DNA of 46,434 nt from Janthinobacterium sp. (GTDB taxonomy: Bacteria > Pseudomonadota > Gammaproteobacteria > Burkholderiales > Burkholderiaceae_D), in the NCBI GenBank assembly GCA_003482555.1, contig DMYQ01000119.1, forward strand, positions 32,589 to 79,022, read 5' to 3'. Numbering within the stretch: position 1 is the stretch's first letter; each line of letters begins with the position of its first letter. The notes under the pieces were generated by a model. It saw only the letters and a program-made list of their open reading frames with translations, had not been told where the DNA came from and did no database searches. Positions 8,876-17,472 of this stretch are shown here, piece after piece. The translations under genes and the position numbers were made by a program.

Positions 8876-11053
8876 ATGACAAAAGACATAGCATTTCTCC
8901 GCGTCAGCCATTTGCGCGGACCGAATATCTGGACCTATCGGCCCGTCATCGAAGCCTGGCTCGACATCGGCGAACTGGAAGATTTTCCATCGAACACCCT
9001 GCCCGGCCTGTACGAGCGGCTGCTGGCCGCCCTGCCCGGCCTGATCGAGCACCGCTGCGGCGTCGGCCAGCGCGGCGGCTTCCTGGAGCGCTTGCGCGAA
9101 GGCACCTGGTGCGGCCACATCCTGGAACACGTGGTGCTGGAACTGCAAAACCTGGCCGGCATGCGCACCGGTTTCGGCAAGACCCGCTCGACGGATGTGC
9201 GCGGCGTCTACAAGATGGCTTTCCGCACGCGCCAGGAACAGGTCGGCCGCGCCGCCCTGCTGGCCGGGCGCGAGCTGTTGCTGGCGGCCATAGCCGATCT
9301 TCCCTTCGACCTGGAAGCGCGCCTGGAACAGTTGCGCGAACTGGTGGACGAGCATTGCCTGGGGCCCAGCACGGCGCATATCGTGGAAGCGGCCACCGAG
9401 CGCAAGATTCCCGCCATCCGCCTGACGGACGGCAACCTGGTGCAGCTCGGCTACGGCGCCAGCCAGCGCCGCATCTGGACGGCGGAAACCGATCGCACCA
9501 GCGCGATTGCGGAAAGCATCGCCAGCGACAAGGATCTGACCAAGGGTTTGCTCAAGGCTTGCGGCGTGCCCGTGCCCGAGGGCAGCCTGGTGAAAAGCGC
9601 CGAGGAAGCGTGGGAAGAAGCCCAGGACATCGGCTTGCCGGTGGTGCTCAAGCCTTACGACGGCAACCACGGGCGGGGCGTCTCGCTCAATTTGAACACG
9701 CGCGCCGACGTCGAGGCGGCCTATCACCTGGCCAGCCGCAAGGGCGACAGCGCGAGCGTGCTCGTCGAGCGCTACATCGCGGGCGACGAACACCGCCTGC
9801 TGGTGGTCGGCCGCCACGTGGTGGCGGCCGCCAAGGGCGAGTCGCTGTGGATCACCGGCGACGGCGTGGCCGACATCATCGGCCTGGTCGACAGCCAGAT
9901 CAACACCGATCCGCGCCGCGGCAGCGCTGAAAATTCGCCGCTGAACGCGCTGGCCCCGCAACATGGCGCCGAAATCATCCTGGAGCTGGAACGCCAGGGC
10001 TTGACGGCGTATTCCGTGCCGCTGGCCGGCCAGCGCGTGCTGATCCAGCCCAACGGCAATGTCTCGCACGACGTCACCGACTTGATTCATCCCTCCGTGG
10101 CCTTCGCCGCCGCCCTGGCCGCGCGCGTGGTCGGTCTCGACATCGCCGGCGTCGACCTGGTCACGCAAGACATTTCACTGCCCCTGGAAGTAAGCCGCGG
10201 CGCCATCATCGAAGTGAATGCCAGCCCCGGCCTGCTGGCCCATTTGCAACCGGCCGACGGTCGCCCGCGCCCGGTCGGCACGGCCATCGTCGGCCACCTG
10301 TTCGGCGCCGAGGACAGCGGCCGCATCCCGGTGGTCGGCGTCACCGGCGGGCGCGAGGCGGCCCGGGTGGCGCGCCTGGTCGGACGCCTGCTGCGCCTGT
10401 CCGGACGGCACACCGGCGTGGCTTGCCGCGACGGCCTCTACCTCGACGGGCGCCAGGCCAGCGGCGCCGACTGCGTCAACTGGGACGCCGGCCAGCGCCT
10501 GCTGATGAACCGTTCGGTACAAGCCGCCGTCTGCGAAAACGACGCCCGCATGATATTGTCCGAGGGCTTGGCCTACGACAAGTGCGCGGTCGGCATCGTC
10601 ACCGACATGGACGGCCTGGCCGATCTCGGTGAATTTTATTTGCGCGACGAAGCCGACATGAGCAAGGTGGTGCGGACCCAGGTCGACGTAATCTTGCCGG
10701 ACGGTACGGCCGTGCTGAACGCGGCCGATCCGGCCGTCGCCGCGCTGGCCGAACTGTGCGACGGCAAGGTGATTTTTTACGGCCTGGACGCCAGCCTGCC
10801 CGCCCTGGTGCGCCAGCGCGCGGCCGGCGAGCGCGCCGTCTTCCTGTACGCGGACTGCATCGTGCTGGCCAGCGGCGCCGAGGAAGTCTCGCTGCTCAGC
10901 CTGTCCGCCCTGAAAGCCGGCGTCGTCGCCGAAGTGGGCGCCTTGCTGGCGGCCGTGGCGGCGGCCTGGGCGCTGAACGTGTCGCCCGAGTTGATGTGCG
11001 CCGCCCTGCGCAACTACGATCCGGCGCCCGGCGGCAAGCCGGGTAAGCTGTAA
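8876..11053 (+). CDS. cphA: Cyanophycin synthetase paralogue (short CphA'-type, 725 aa)
   Basis: LRGPNIW, HRC...GGF..RL.EGT..GH.LEH, LGPST, QLGYGA.QRRI, ATP-grasp KPYDGNHGRGV, RIPVV; Mur-ligase P-loop degenerate and C-terminus short. Confidence 0.9.
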   Translation: MTKDIAFLRVSHLRGPNIWTYRPVIEAWLDIGELEDFPSNTLPGLYERLLAALPGLIEHRCGVGQRGGFLERLREGTWCGHILEHVVLELQNLAGMRTGFGKTRSTDVRGVYKMAFRTRQEQVGRAALLAGRELLLAAIADLPFDLEARLEQLRELVDEHCLGPSTAHIVEAATERKIPAIRLTDGNLVQLGYGASQRRIWTAETDRTSAIAESIASDKDLTKGLLKACGVPVPEGSLVKSAEEAWEEAQDIGLPVVLKPYDGNHGRGVSLNLNTRADVEAAYHLASRKGDSASVLVERYIAGDEHRLLVVGRHVVAAAKGESLWITGDGVADIIGLVDSQINTDPRRGSAENSPLNALAPQHGAEIILELERQGLTAYSVPLAGQRVLIQPNGNVSHDVTDLIHPSVAFAAALAARVVGLDIAGVDLVTQDISLPLEVSRGAIIEVNASPGLLAHLQPADGRPRPVGTAIVGHLFGAEDSGRIPVVGVTGGREAARVARLVGRLLRLSGRHTGVACRDGLYLDGRQASGADCVNWDAGQRLLMNRSVQAAVCENDARMILSEGLAYDKCAVGIVTDMDGLADLGEFYLRDEADMSKVVRTQVDVILPDGTAVLNAADPAVAALAELCDGKVIFYGLDASLPALVRQRAAGERAVFLYADCIVLASGAEEVSLLSLSALKAGVVAEVGALLAAVAAAWALNVSPELMCAALRNYDPAPGGKPGKL

Positions 11054-11204
11054 GGGGATGCCCGCGCCGGGTTAGCGCCCACTGGCACGTACCGGCGCGG
11101 GCAGGCGGCAGTCGCCCGCGCCGGTGAACTCATGCACGGCCGGCCTCGCCGGCCAAGCGCGACCCGCAACCGCGGGGCGCGTCATCACAAAGGAATGACG
11201 GTTT

Positions 11205-13775
11205 ATGGAAGTATCACGCGTACGGGCCCTGCGCGGCCCCAATCTATGGAGCCACCACACCTCCGTCGAAGCCATCGTCGCCTGCACCTCGGGCGAACTG
11301 TGCGTCGGCGCCCTGGCCGACTTTGAAACCCGCTTGCGCGCCCGCTTCCCGCACATCGGCACCCTGCAGCCGACCGGCCACGACGACGCCATCCCCATGG
11401 CCCACGTGCTGGAACTGGCGGCGCTGGGCCTGCAGGCGCAAGCCGGCTGCCCGGTCACCTTCAGCCACACCGTGCCGACCCTGGAGCTGGGCATTTTCCA
11501 GGTGGTCGTCGAATACACCGAGGAAGCCGTCGGCCGCCTGGCGCTGGAACTGGCGCTGGAACTGTGCCGCGCCGCCTTCGACGACGCCCCCTTCGACCTG
11601 GCCGACGCCCTGCGGCGCCTGCGCGAGCTGGACGAGGATGTGCGCCTGGGGCCGAGCACGGGCGCCATCGTGCAGGCGGCCGTGGCGCGCAACATCCCCT
11701 TCCGCCGCCTGACCGATGGCAGCCTGGTGATGTTCGGCTGGGGCAGCCGCCAGCGCAAGATCCAGGCCGCCGAGATCGACAGCACCGGCGCCATCGCCGA
11801 AGCCATCGCGCAAGACAAGGAATTGACCAAGCGCCTGCTGCAGGCGGCCGGCGTGCCGGTGCCGATGGGGCGCGTGGTGAGCGACCCGGACGACGCCTGG
11901 GCCGCCGCCTGCGAGATCGGCCTACCGGTGGTGATCAAGCCGAAGGACGGCAACCAGGGCAAGGGCGTGACGGTGAACGTGACCACGCGCGAACAGTTGA
12001 CGGCCGGCTACCACACGGCGTGCGAATTCCGCGACGACATCCTGGTCGAGCGCTATTTGCCGGGCAACGACTTCCGCCTGCTGGTGGTCGGCAACAAGCT
12101 GGTCGCCGCCGCCCGCCGCGACCCGCCCCAGGTGGTCGGCGACGGCGTCCATTCGGTGCGCGAACTGGTCGACCAGGTCAACCTGGACCCGCGCCGCGGC
12201 AATGGCCACGCCACCTCGCTGACCAAGATCCGCTTTGACGACATCGCCCTGGCCAGCCTGGCCAAGCAAGCCTACGTGGCCGATTCGGTGCCGCCCAAGG
12301 GCCGGCGCGTCATCTTGCGCAACAACGCCAACCTGTCCACGGGCGGCTCCGCCACCGACGTCACCGACGACGTCCATGCGGAAGTGGCGGCGCGCGCCAT
12401 CGCCGCCGCGCACATGGTCGGCCTCGACATCTGCGGCGTCGACGTGGTCTGCGACAGCGTGCTGAAACCGATCGAAGAGCAAGGCGGCGGCGTGGTCGAA
12501 GTGAACGCCGCGCCCGGCTTGCGCATGCACCTGTCGCCCTCGTTCGGCAAGGGGCGCCCGGTGGGCGAGGCGATCGTCGCCTCCATGTTCGTCGACGGCG
12601 ACGACGGCCGCATTCCCGTGGTGGCCGTCACCGGCACCAACGGCAAGACCACCACCGTGCGCCTGATCGCCCACCTGCTGACGGCGGGCGGCCTGCGCAC
12701 CGGCATGACCAACACCGACGGCGTCTACATCGAAGGCCGGCGCATCGACAGCGGCGACTGCAGCGGCCCGCGCAGCGCCCGCAACGTGCTGCTGCACCCG
12801 GACGTCGACGCCGCCGTGTTCGAGACGGCGCGCGGCGGCATGCTGCGCGAAGGCCTGGCCTTCGACCGCTGCCAGGTGGCCGTGGTGACCAATATCGGCG
12901 CCGGCGACCACCTGGGACTGAACTACATCACCACCGTGGAAGACCTGGCCGTGCTCAAGCGCGTGATCGTGCAAAACGTCGCCGACCAGGGCGTCGCGGT
13001 GCTCAACGCGAACGACCCGGCGGTCGTCGCCATGGCCGAGAACTGCCGCGGCACGGTGACCTTTTTCGGCGCCGACCCGCAGCATCCCGTGATGACCATG
13101 CACCGCGCCCAGGGCCGGCGCGTGGTCTACGTGGACGGCGCCAACCTGGTCGCGGCCGAAGGCAAGGAGATGCAACTGCTGGCGCTGGACCAGGTGCCGA
13201 TCACGCGCAATGGCAGCATCGGCTTCCAGGTCGAGAACGTGATGGCGTCGGTGGCGGCGGCATGGGCGGTGGGGCTGAGCTGGGACGCCATCCGCGCCGG
13301 CCTGGCCACGTTCACCAACGAGAGCGACAACGCGCCCGGGCGCTTCAACGTCTTCAGCTATCGCGGCGCCACCGTGATCGCTGACTACGGCCACAATCCG
13401 GACGCCATCCTGGCCCTGGTCGGCGCCGTCGACAATATGCCGGCCAAGCGCCGCTCGGTCGTCATCAGCGGCGCTGGCGACCGCCGCGACCAGGATATCC
13501 GCCAGCAGACGGCGATCCTGGGCGCCGCCTTCGACGACGTCTTTTTGTACCAGGATCAGTGCCAGCGCGGACGCGCCGACGGCGAAGTGCTGGCCCTGCT
13601 GCGCCAGGGCCTGGACGGCGCCAGCCGCACCGTCCGGGTCGAGGAAATCACCGGCGAATTCATCGCCATCGACCGGGCCCTGGAAAGTCTGGCGGAGGGC
13701 GACCTGTGCCTGATCCTGATCGACCAGGTGGAAGAGGCGTTGGCGCATATCGCGGCCCGCATCGGCGCCGCCTGA
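11205..13775 (+). CDS. cphA: Cyanophycin synthetase (full length, 856 aa)
   Basis: LRGPNLW, LGPSTG, KPKDGNQGKGV, NANLSTGG, EVNAAPGLRMH, VTGTNGKTTT, ETARGG, PGRFN, DYGHNP, GDRRD; RBS AAGGA. Confidence 0.95.
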   Translation: MEVSRVRALRGPNLWSHHTSVEAIVACTSGELCVGALADFETRLRARFPHIGTLQPTGHDDAIPMAHVLELAALGLQAQAGCPVTFSHTVPTLELGIFQVVVEYTEEAVGRLALELALELCRAAFDDAPFDLADALRRLRELDEDVRLGPSTGAIVQAAVARNIPFRRLTDGSLVMFGWGSRQRKIQAAEIDSTGAIAEAIAQDKELTKRLLQAAGVPVPMGRVVSDPDDAWAAACEIGLPVVIKPKDGNQGKGVTVNVTTREQLTAGYHTACEFRDDILVERYLPGNDFRLLVVGNKLVAAARRDPPQVVGDGVHSVRELVDQVNLDPRRGNGHATSLTKIRFDDIALASLAKQAYVADSVPPKGRRVILRNNANLSTGGSATDVTDDVHAEVAARAIAAAHMVGLDICGVDVVCDSVLKPIEEQGGGVVEVNAAPGLRMHLSPSFGKGRPVGEAIVASMFVDGDDGRIPVVAVTGTNGKTTTVRLIAHLLTAGGLRTGMTNTDGVYIEGRRIDSGDCSGPRSARNVLLHPDVDAAVFETARGGMLREGLAFDRCQVAVVTNIGAGDHLGLNYITTVEDLAVLKRVIVQNVADQGVAVLNANDPAVVAMAENCRGTVTFFGADPQHPVMTMHRAQGRRVVYVDGANLVAAEGKEMQLLALDQVPITRNGSIGFQVENVMASVAAAWAVGLSWDAIRAGLATFTNESDNAPGRFNVFSYRGATVIADYGHNPDAILALVGAVDNMPAKRRSVVISGAGDRRDQDIRQQTAILGAAFDDVFLYQDQCQRGRADGEVLALLRQGLDGASRTVRVEEITGEFIAIDRALESLAEGDLCLILIDQVEEALAHIAARIGAA

Positions 13776-13833
13776 GCGGGTAAAGTGGCGCCGCGGCGAC
13801 AGCGCGGCGCCTCTATCTGAAAAAAGGAAACGC

Positions 13834-14538
13834 ATGCGTACCATAGGCCTGATCGGCGGCATGAGCTGGGAATCAAGCGCCGAATATTATCGCGTCATCA
13901 ACCAACTGGTGCGTGAACGCCTCGGCCCGCTGCGCTCGGCGCAACTGCTGATGTACAGCGTCGACTTCGGCCCGATCGAGCGCGCCCAGCACGAGGGCCG
14001 CTGGGACGACGCCGCCGCCATCCTGGTGGACGCCGCGCGCCGCTTGCAGGCGGGCGGCGCCGACTGCGTCATCCTGTGCACCAACACCATGCACCTGATG
14101 GCCGAGCGCATCCAGGCGGCCGTGCCGCTGCCCTTCCTGCACATCGCCGACCCGGCCGGGCGCGCCGCCACGCAGGCGGGAGCGCTCACGGTCGGCCTGC
14201 TGGGCACCGCCTTCACGATGGAGCGCGACTTCTTCAAGGATCGCCTGGCGCACGGGCACGGCTTGACGGTACTGGTGCCATCGGCGCCCGAACGCTCCCA
14301 GGTGCACCGCATCATTTACGAAGAACTGTGCGTCGGCAAGGTGATCGATGAATCGCGCGAGGTCTACCGGCGGGCGATCGCGGCGCTGGCCGCGCGCGGG
14401 GCGCAAGCCATCATCCTCGGCTGCACCGAAATCAGCCTGCTGATACGCCAGTCCGATAGCGCCCTGCCCCTGCTCGACACGATGGCGCTGCACGCGCAAG
14501 CCGCCGTCGACTTCGCCCTCGCCGGCGACGAAGCTTAG
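13834..14538 (+). CDS. Aspartate/glutamate racemase family protein (YgeA/RacX type)
   Basis: GLIGGMSWESS..YY, LCTNTMH, GLLGT.FTME, ILGCTEI. Confidence 0.9.
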   Translation: MRTIGLIGGMSWESSAEYYRVINQLVRERLGPLRSAQLLMYSVDFGPIERAQHEGRWDDAAAILVDAARRLQAGGADCVILCTNTMHLMAERIQAAVPLPFLHIADPAGRAATQAGALTVGLLGTAFTMERDFFKDRLAHGHGLTVLVPSAPERSQVHRIIYEELCVGKVIDESREVYRRAIAALAARGAQAIILGCTEISLLIRQSDSALPLLDTMALHAQAAVDFALAGDEA

Positions 14539-14594
14539 CCCGTATCGTCACCGGGGAGAGTAGGCAAGCGCGTTGGAGGTTTCTGAGCGCGGCG

Positions 14595-15386
14595 TCACGC
14601 CGCTCCCGCCGCAGTGAAAAATACCTCCTTGGCCGCGAATATGCCGTTCAATGCGGCCGGAAAGCCGGCGTAGACCGCCATTTGCTGAATGACTTCAACG
14701 ATCTCGCTTTTGGGAACGCCGACGTTGAGCGCGGCGCCGATATGCACTTTCAATTGGGGCGTTGCCGTTCCCTTTGCGGTCAGTAGCGCGATGATGGCGA
14801 GTTCTTTGGTCCGGTTATCGATGCCCGTGCGCGACAAGATATCCCCGTAAGAAAATTCGACGAGGAAGCGGGCAAAATCGGGAGCGATGTTCATCAGACT
14901 GTGCGTCACGGCCTTTCCCGCGCCCGCGCTCAGTTGTTCAAGTGCAGCCATGCCACGTTCGTAACGCTCACCGTTTGCCGGATGGGCTTGCGGCTGAAAT
15001 GCCAGTCCCCGCTCCTGAAAAACCTCTTTTGCGGCAAGTACCGCGTTTATCGTGGCGGGAAAGCCCGCGAAAACGGCACACAGGAAAATTGTTTCAATGA
15101 CCGAGTTGGCATCGCAACCGACATTGAGAGCGCCCGCAATATGGTACTTGAGCTGTGGCTGGGCATTGCCCATTGCCGCTAATGCCACAACGGTACACAG
15201 TTGCCTTGTCTGTAAATCGAGTTCCTTGCGCGACATGATATCGCCATAGCCAAATTCGACCGTCAGTCGGGCCAGATCGGGGGCGATGCCCTGAAGGCTG
15301 GTGAGTGGCGCGGCGTAATTGGCGCCGCCGACTTGCTTGAGGACTTGGATGCCGATGTCGTAGCGATGGGATTCGGTGCTTGTCAT
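14595..15386 (-). CDS. Carboxymuconolactone decarboxylase (CMD)-family protein with two tandem domains
   Basis: Duplicated EF.YGDI.SR...R...L..A...QLK.HI..ALNVG...(Y/F)AGFPA..N units; ATG 15386 preceded by AGGAG. Confidence 0.88.
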   Translation of the reverse strand: MTSTESHRYDIGIQVLKQVGGANYAAPLTSLQGIAPDLARLTVEFGYGDIMSRKELDLQTRQLCTVVALAAMGNAQPQLKYHIAGALNVGCDANSVIETIFLCAVFAGFPATINAVLAAKEVFQERGLAFQPQAHPANGERYERGMAALEQLSAGAGKAVTHSLMNIAPDFARFLVEFSYGDILSRTGIDNRTKELAIIALLTAKGTATPQLKVHIGAALNVGVPKSEIVEVIQQMAVYAGFPAALNGIFAAKEVFFTAAGAA

Positions 15387-15484
15387 TTTGCTGCTCCTGG
15401 GATCGGATGGTGGGGTAGTCGACTTCAACGTCGAGGTATCCACTCTATGTAGTTGGCAGCAAACCATCCAATACCATTTTCGTG

Positions 15485-15499
15485 ATACCTTTTCGGTAT
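15485..15499. promoter_or_regulatory. LysR-type binding site ATAC-N7-GTAT upstream of the CMD gene
   Basis: ATAC-CTTTTCG-GTAT matches the BenM/CatM-type LysR box; an imperfect second box starts at 15471. Confidence 0.6.
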
Positions 15500-15596
15500 G
15501 AGCGCACCCATCGACCTGCGCGAACCAGCAAGCCTTGGCGTCGCCCTGACGCCTTTCCCGGTCCACAGCGATATGGCCCTGACGGCGGCCGGCTAA
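15498..15596 (+). pseudogene. Probable internally deleted LysR-family regulator relic
   Basis: 32-aa ORF MSAPIDLR-EPASLGVALTP...; IDLR resembles a LysR N-terminus and SLGVAL resembles the C-terminal GlGvalP motif; its ATG overlaps the LysR box and it is divergent from the CMD gene. Confidence 0.4.
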
Positions 15597-15821
15597 CGGG
15601 GTAACACAGGGGGCGGCCGAGTCGTTTCTCGCTGGCTCCGCCAAACCTTCAATCCACGCAGAGCGCGAATTCACCCTCGACACCCGCAAACAGGGCGAGA
15701 TCGTGCTGATCCGCAATTGGGGCTCAGGCGACTACCGCGAGCTTGACACCGTCCATGGCACTCGGTCTATCTTGTCGATGGTTGCTTCTAGCACGTCGGC
15801 ATGATTTCCTAATATTTCCCT

Positions 15822-16205
15822 TCAGTGCACTGCCACGCGATGCGCCACACCGAAACGCTCGGCCAATTCGGCAAGGCGCTTGTCCAACGTCCACAGCTTT
15901 GCGCTCGGCGTAATCAGCGTTGATGTCAATAAAACCCTGTCAACGAGCCCACATCCCATCCCGTATATTGATTCGCGTTCAATGAATTCCATGGTTTCGT
16001 GCAAACCGACATGCTGGGTCATCTGGAGCAAGCCTAAGTCACCAAGCGTTTGTGTCCTCGGCGCAGGCGGCGTGCCGCAGGCGATCTCCCCTATGACTAT
16101 AGGGTGCGTGAGTACCATGTCTTGGTTGAGCAGATTCTCGAGCGCCAGATTGGGGTTCCGAAAGTGCTCGATCCACACGGATGTATCGACGAGCACGCCA
16201 CTCAT
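15822..16205 (-). CDS. vapC: PIN-domain toxin (VapC family)
   Basis: [29 protein letters not shown]; acidic PIN residues present; 4-bp overlap with the antitoxin. Confidence 0.9.
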   Translation of the reverse strand: MSGVLVDTSVWIEHFRNPNLALENLLNQDMVLTHPIVIGEIACGTPPAPRTQTLGDLGLLQMTQHVGLHETMEFIERESIYGMGCGLVDRVLLTSTLITPSAKLWTLDKRLAELAERFGVAHRVAVH

Positions 16206-16405
16206 TGGGCTGACTCGGGCCGGCGCCGAGTTACTGCAGACATCTCTGGCATCGCGCCGCCCAAGGCAGCCAAACGCTTGGCTGCGCGCACGGGCACGAA
16301 GGTCTTAATAGCCTCCCGAAAGAGGTCCGCCTTGTCCATGGACGGATCCGCGACCTCGAGGGCTTTGTTGTACAGTTCGTCGTCGATCGTGACGGTGGTT
16401 CTCAT
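16202..16405 (-). CDS. vapB: VapB-family ribbon-helix-helix antitoxin
   Basis: [11 protein letters not shown]...K..L.REA...[10 protein letters not shown]; directly upstream of the PIN gene. Confidence 0.88.
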   Translation of the reverse strand: MRTTVTIDDELYNKALEVADPSMDKADLFREAIKTFVPVRAAKRLAALGGAMPEMSAVTRRRPESAQ

Positions 16406-16427
16406 GATGGCTCTTTGAATCAGAAAT

Positions 16428-16443
16428 GATGTAAATATGCATC
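16428..16443. promoter_or_regulatory. Probable vapBC autoregulatory operator
   Basis: GATGTA-AATA-TGCATC near-palindrome 22 bp upstream of vapB. Confidence 0.4.
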
Positions 16444-16710
16444 TAATATCGCATCACCATAAGCCCTGGACGGACAGGGGAGTCCTCTCGGGGCCGCAGC
16501 CGGCGCTCTCACAAACACGGCTACCGATTCAGGGTCACGACCGATTCACCATTAAGGCCGCCAAGACCCGCGAGCGAACGCTGGCGACGGGTTCTCCAAT
16601 ATGAGCCATCGCCGGTAACATGAACACGGCGTTACCGTCCTTTGCAGCGAATCCGAGCCGAAATCGCCGTCGAATGCGAGCACGGTCGGCTTGCTCGCCA
16701 GCCGCGCGCC

Positions 16711-17472
16711 CTACACCAGGCGTCCGGCCGCGATCGTGATGGTACGCGCGCAACGGGCCGCGATCGAGGTATCGTGCGTCACCAGGACCAGGGTCGAGCC
16801 GTGCTCGCGGTTCAGCTCGAACATCAACTGGATCACCGCTTCGCCGGTGGCCGCGTCCAGGCTGCCGGTCGGTTCATCCGCGAACAATAGCGGCGGCTCG
16901 GTGACGAAGGCGCGCGCCAGCGCCACCCGCTGTTGCTCGCCGCCGGAGAGGTATTTCGGATAGTGCCGCAAGCGGCTATCGAGCTTGACGCGGCCCAGCA
17001 TGGCCTGCGCCTTTACCCGCGCGTCCGGGTCGCCACGCAATTCCAGCGGCAACATGACGTTTTCCAGGGCCGTCAAATGGGCCAGCAACTGGAAGGATTG
17101 GAAGACGAAACCCAGCTTGGCCATGCGCAAGCCCGCGCGGCCATCCTCGTCGAGGGCGAAGATATCCACGCCGTCCAGCCACACTTTGCCTTCGGATGGC
17201 GTGTCCAATCCGGCCAGCAAACCGAGCAGGGTCGACTTGCCGGAACCGGAAGCGCCGACAATGGCAAGCGTCTCCGCCCTTTGCACGGTAAAATCCACGC
17301 TGTGCAAGATCGTCAGCTCGCCGTCCGCGTCGGGCACGCGCTTGGCCAGGGCCGTCACCGCGATCGCAAGCGGCGCCGCGGCCGGCCGCGCCGCGACGGC
17401 GGCAAGGTGATCCGGCCCGGAATGGGCCGCTTCGTGAACATTTGTGGAAGTCGCTTTTGGAAATTCTGGCAT
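16711..17472 (-). CDS. ybbA: ABC ATP-binding protein, YbbA/LolD family
   Basis: GASGSGKST, GFVFQSFQL, LSGGEQQRVALARA, ADEPTG, VTHD; divergent from tesA; start uncertain. Confidence 0.88.
   Translation of the reverse strand: MPEFPKATSTNVHEAAHSGPDHLAAVAARPAAAPLAIAVTALAKRVPDADGELTILHSVDFTVQRAETLAIVGASGSGKSTLLGLLAGLDTPSEGKVWLDGVDIFALDEDGRAGLRMAKLGFVFQSFQLLAHLTALENVMLPLELRGDPDARVKAQAMLGRVKLDSRLRHYPKYLSGGEQQRVALARAFVTEPPLLFADEPTGSLDAATGEAVIQLMFELNREHGSTLVLVTHDTSIAARCARTITIAAGRLV

Noticed and set aside
16535-16753. 72-aa minus-strand ORF downstream of ybbA as a possible permease remnant
   Set aside because: It overlaps ybbA out of frame and shows no TM or FtsX-like features
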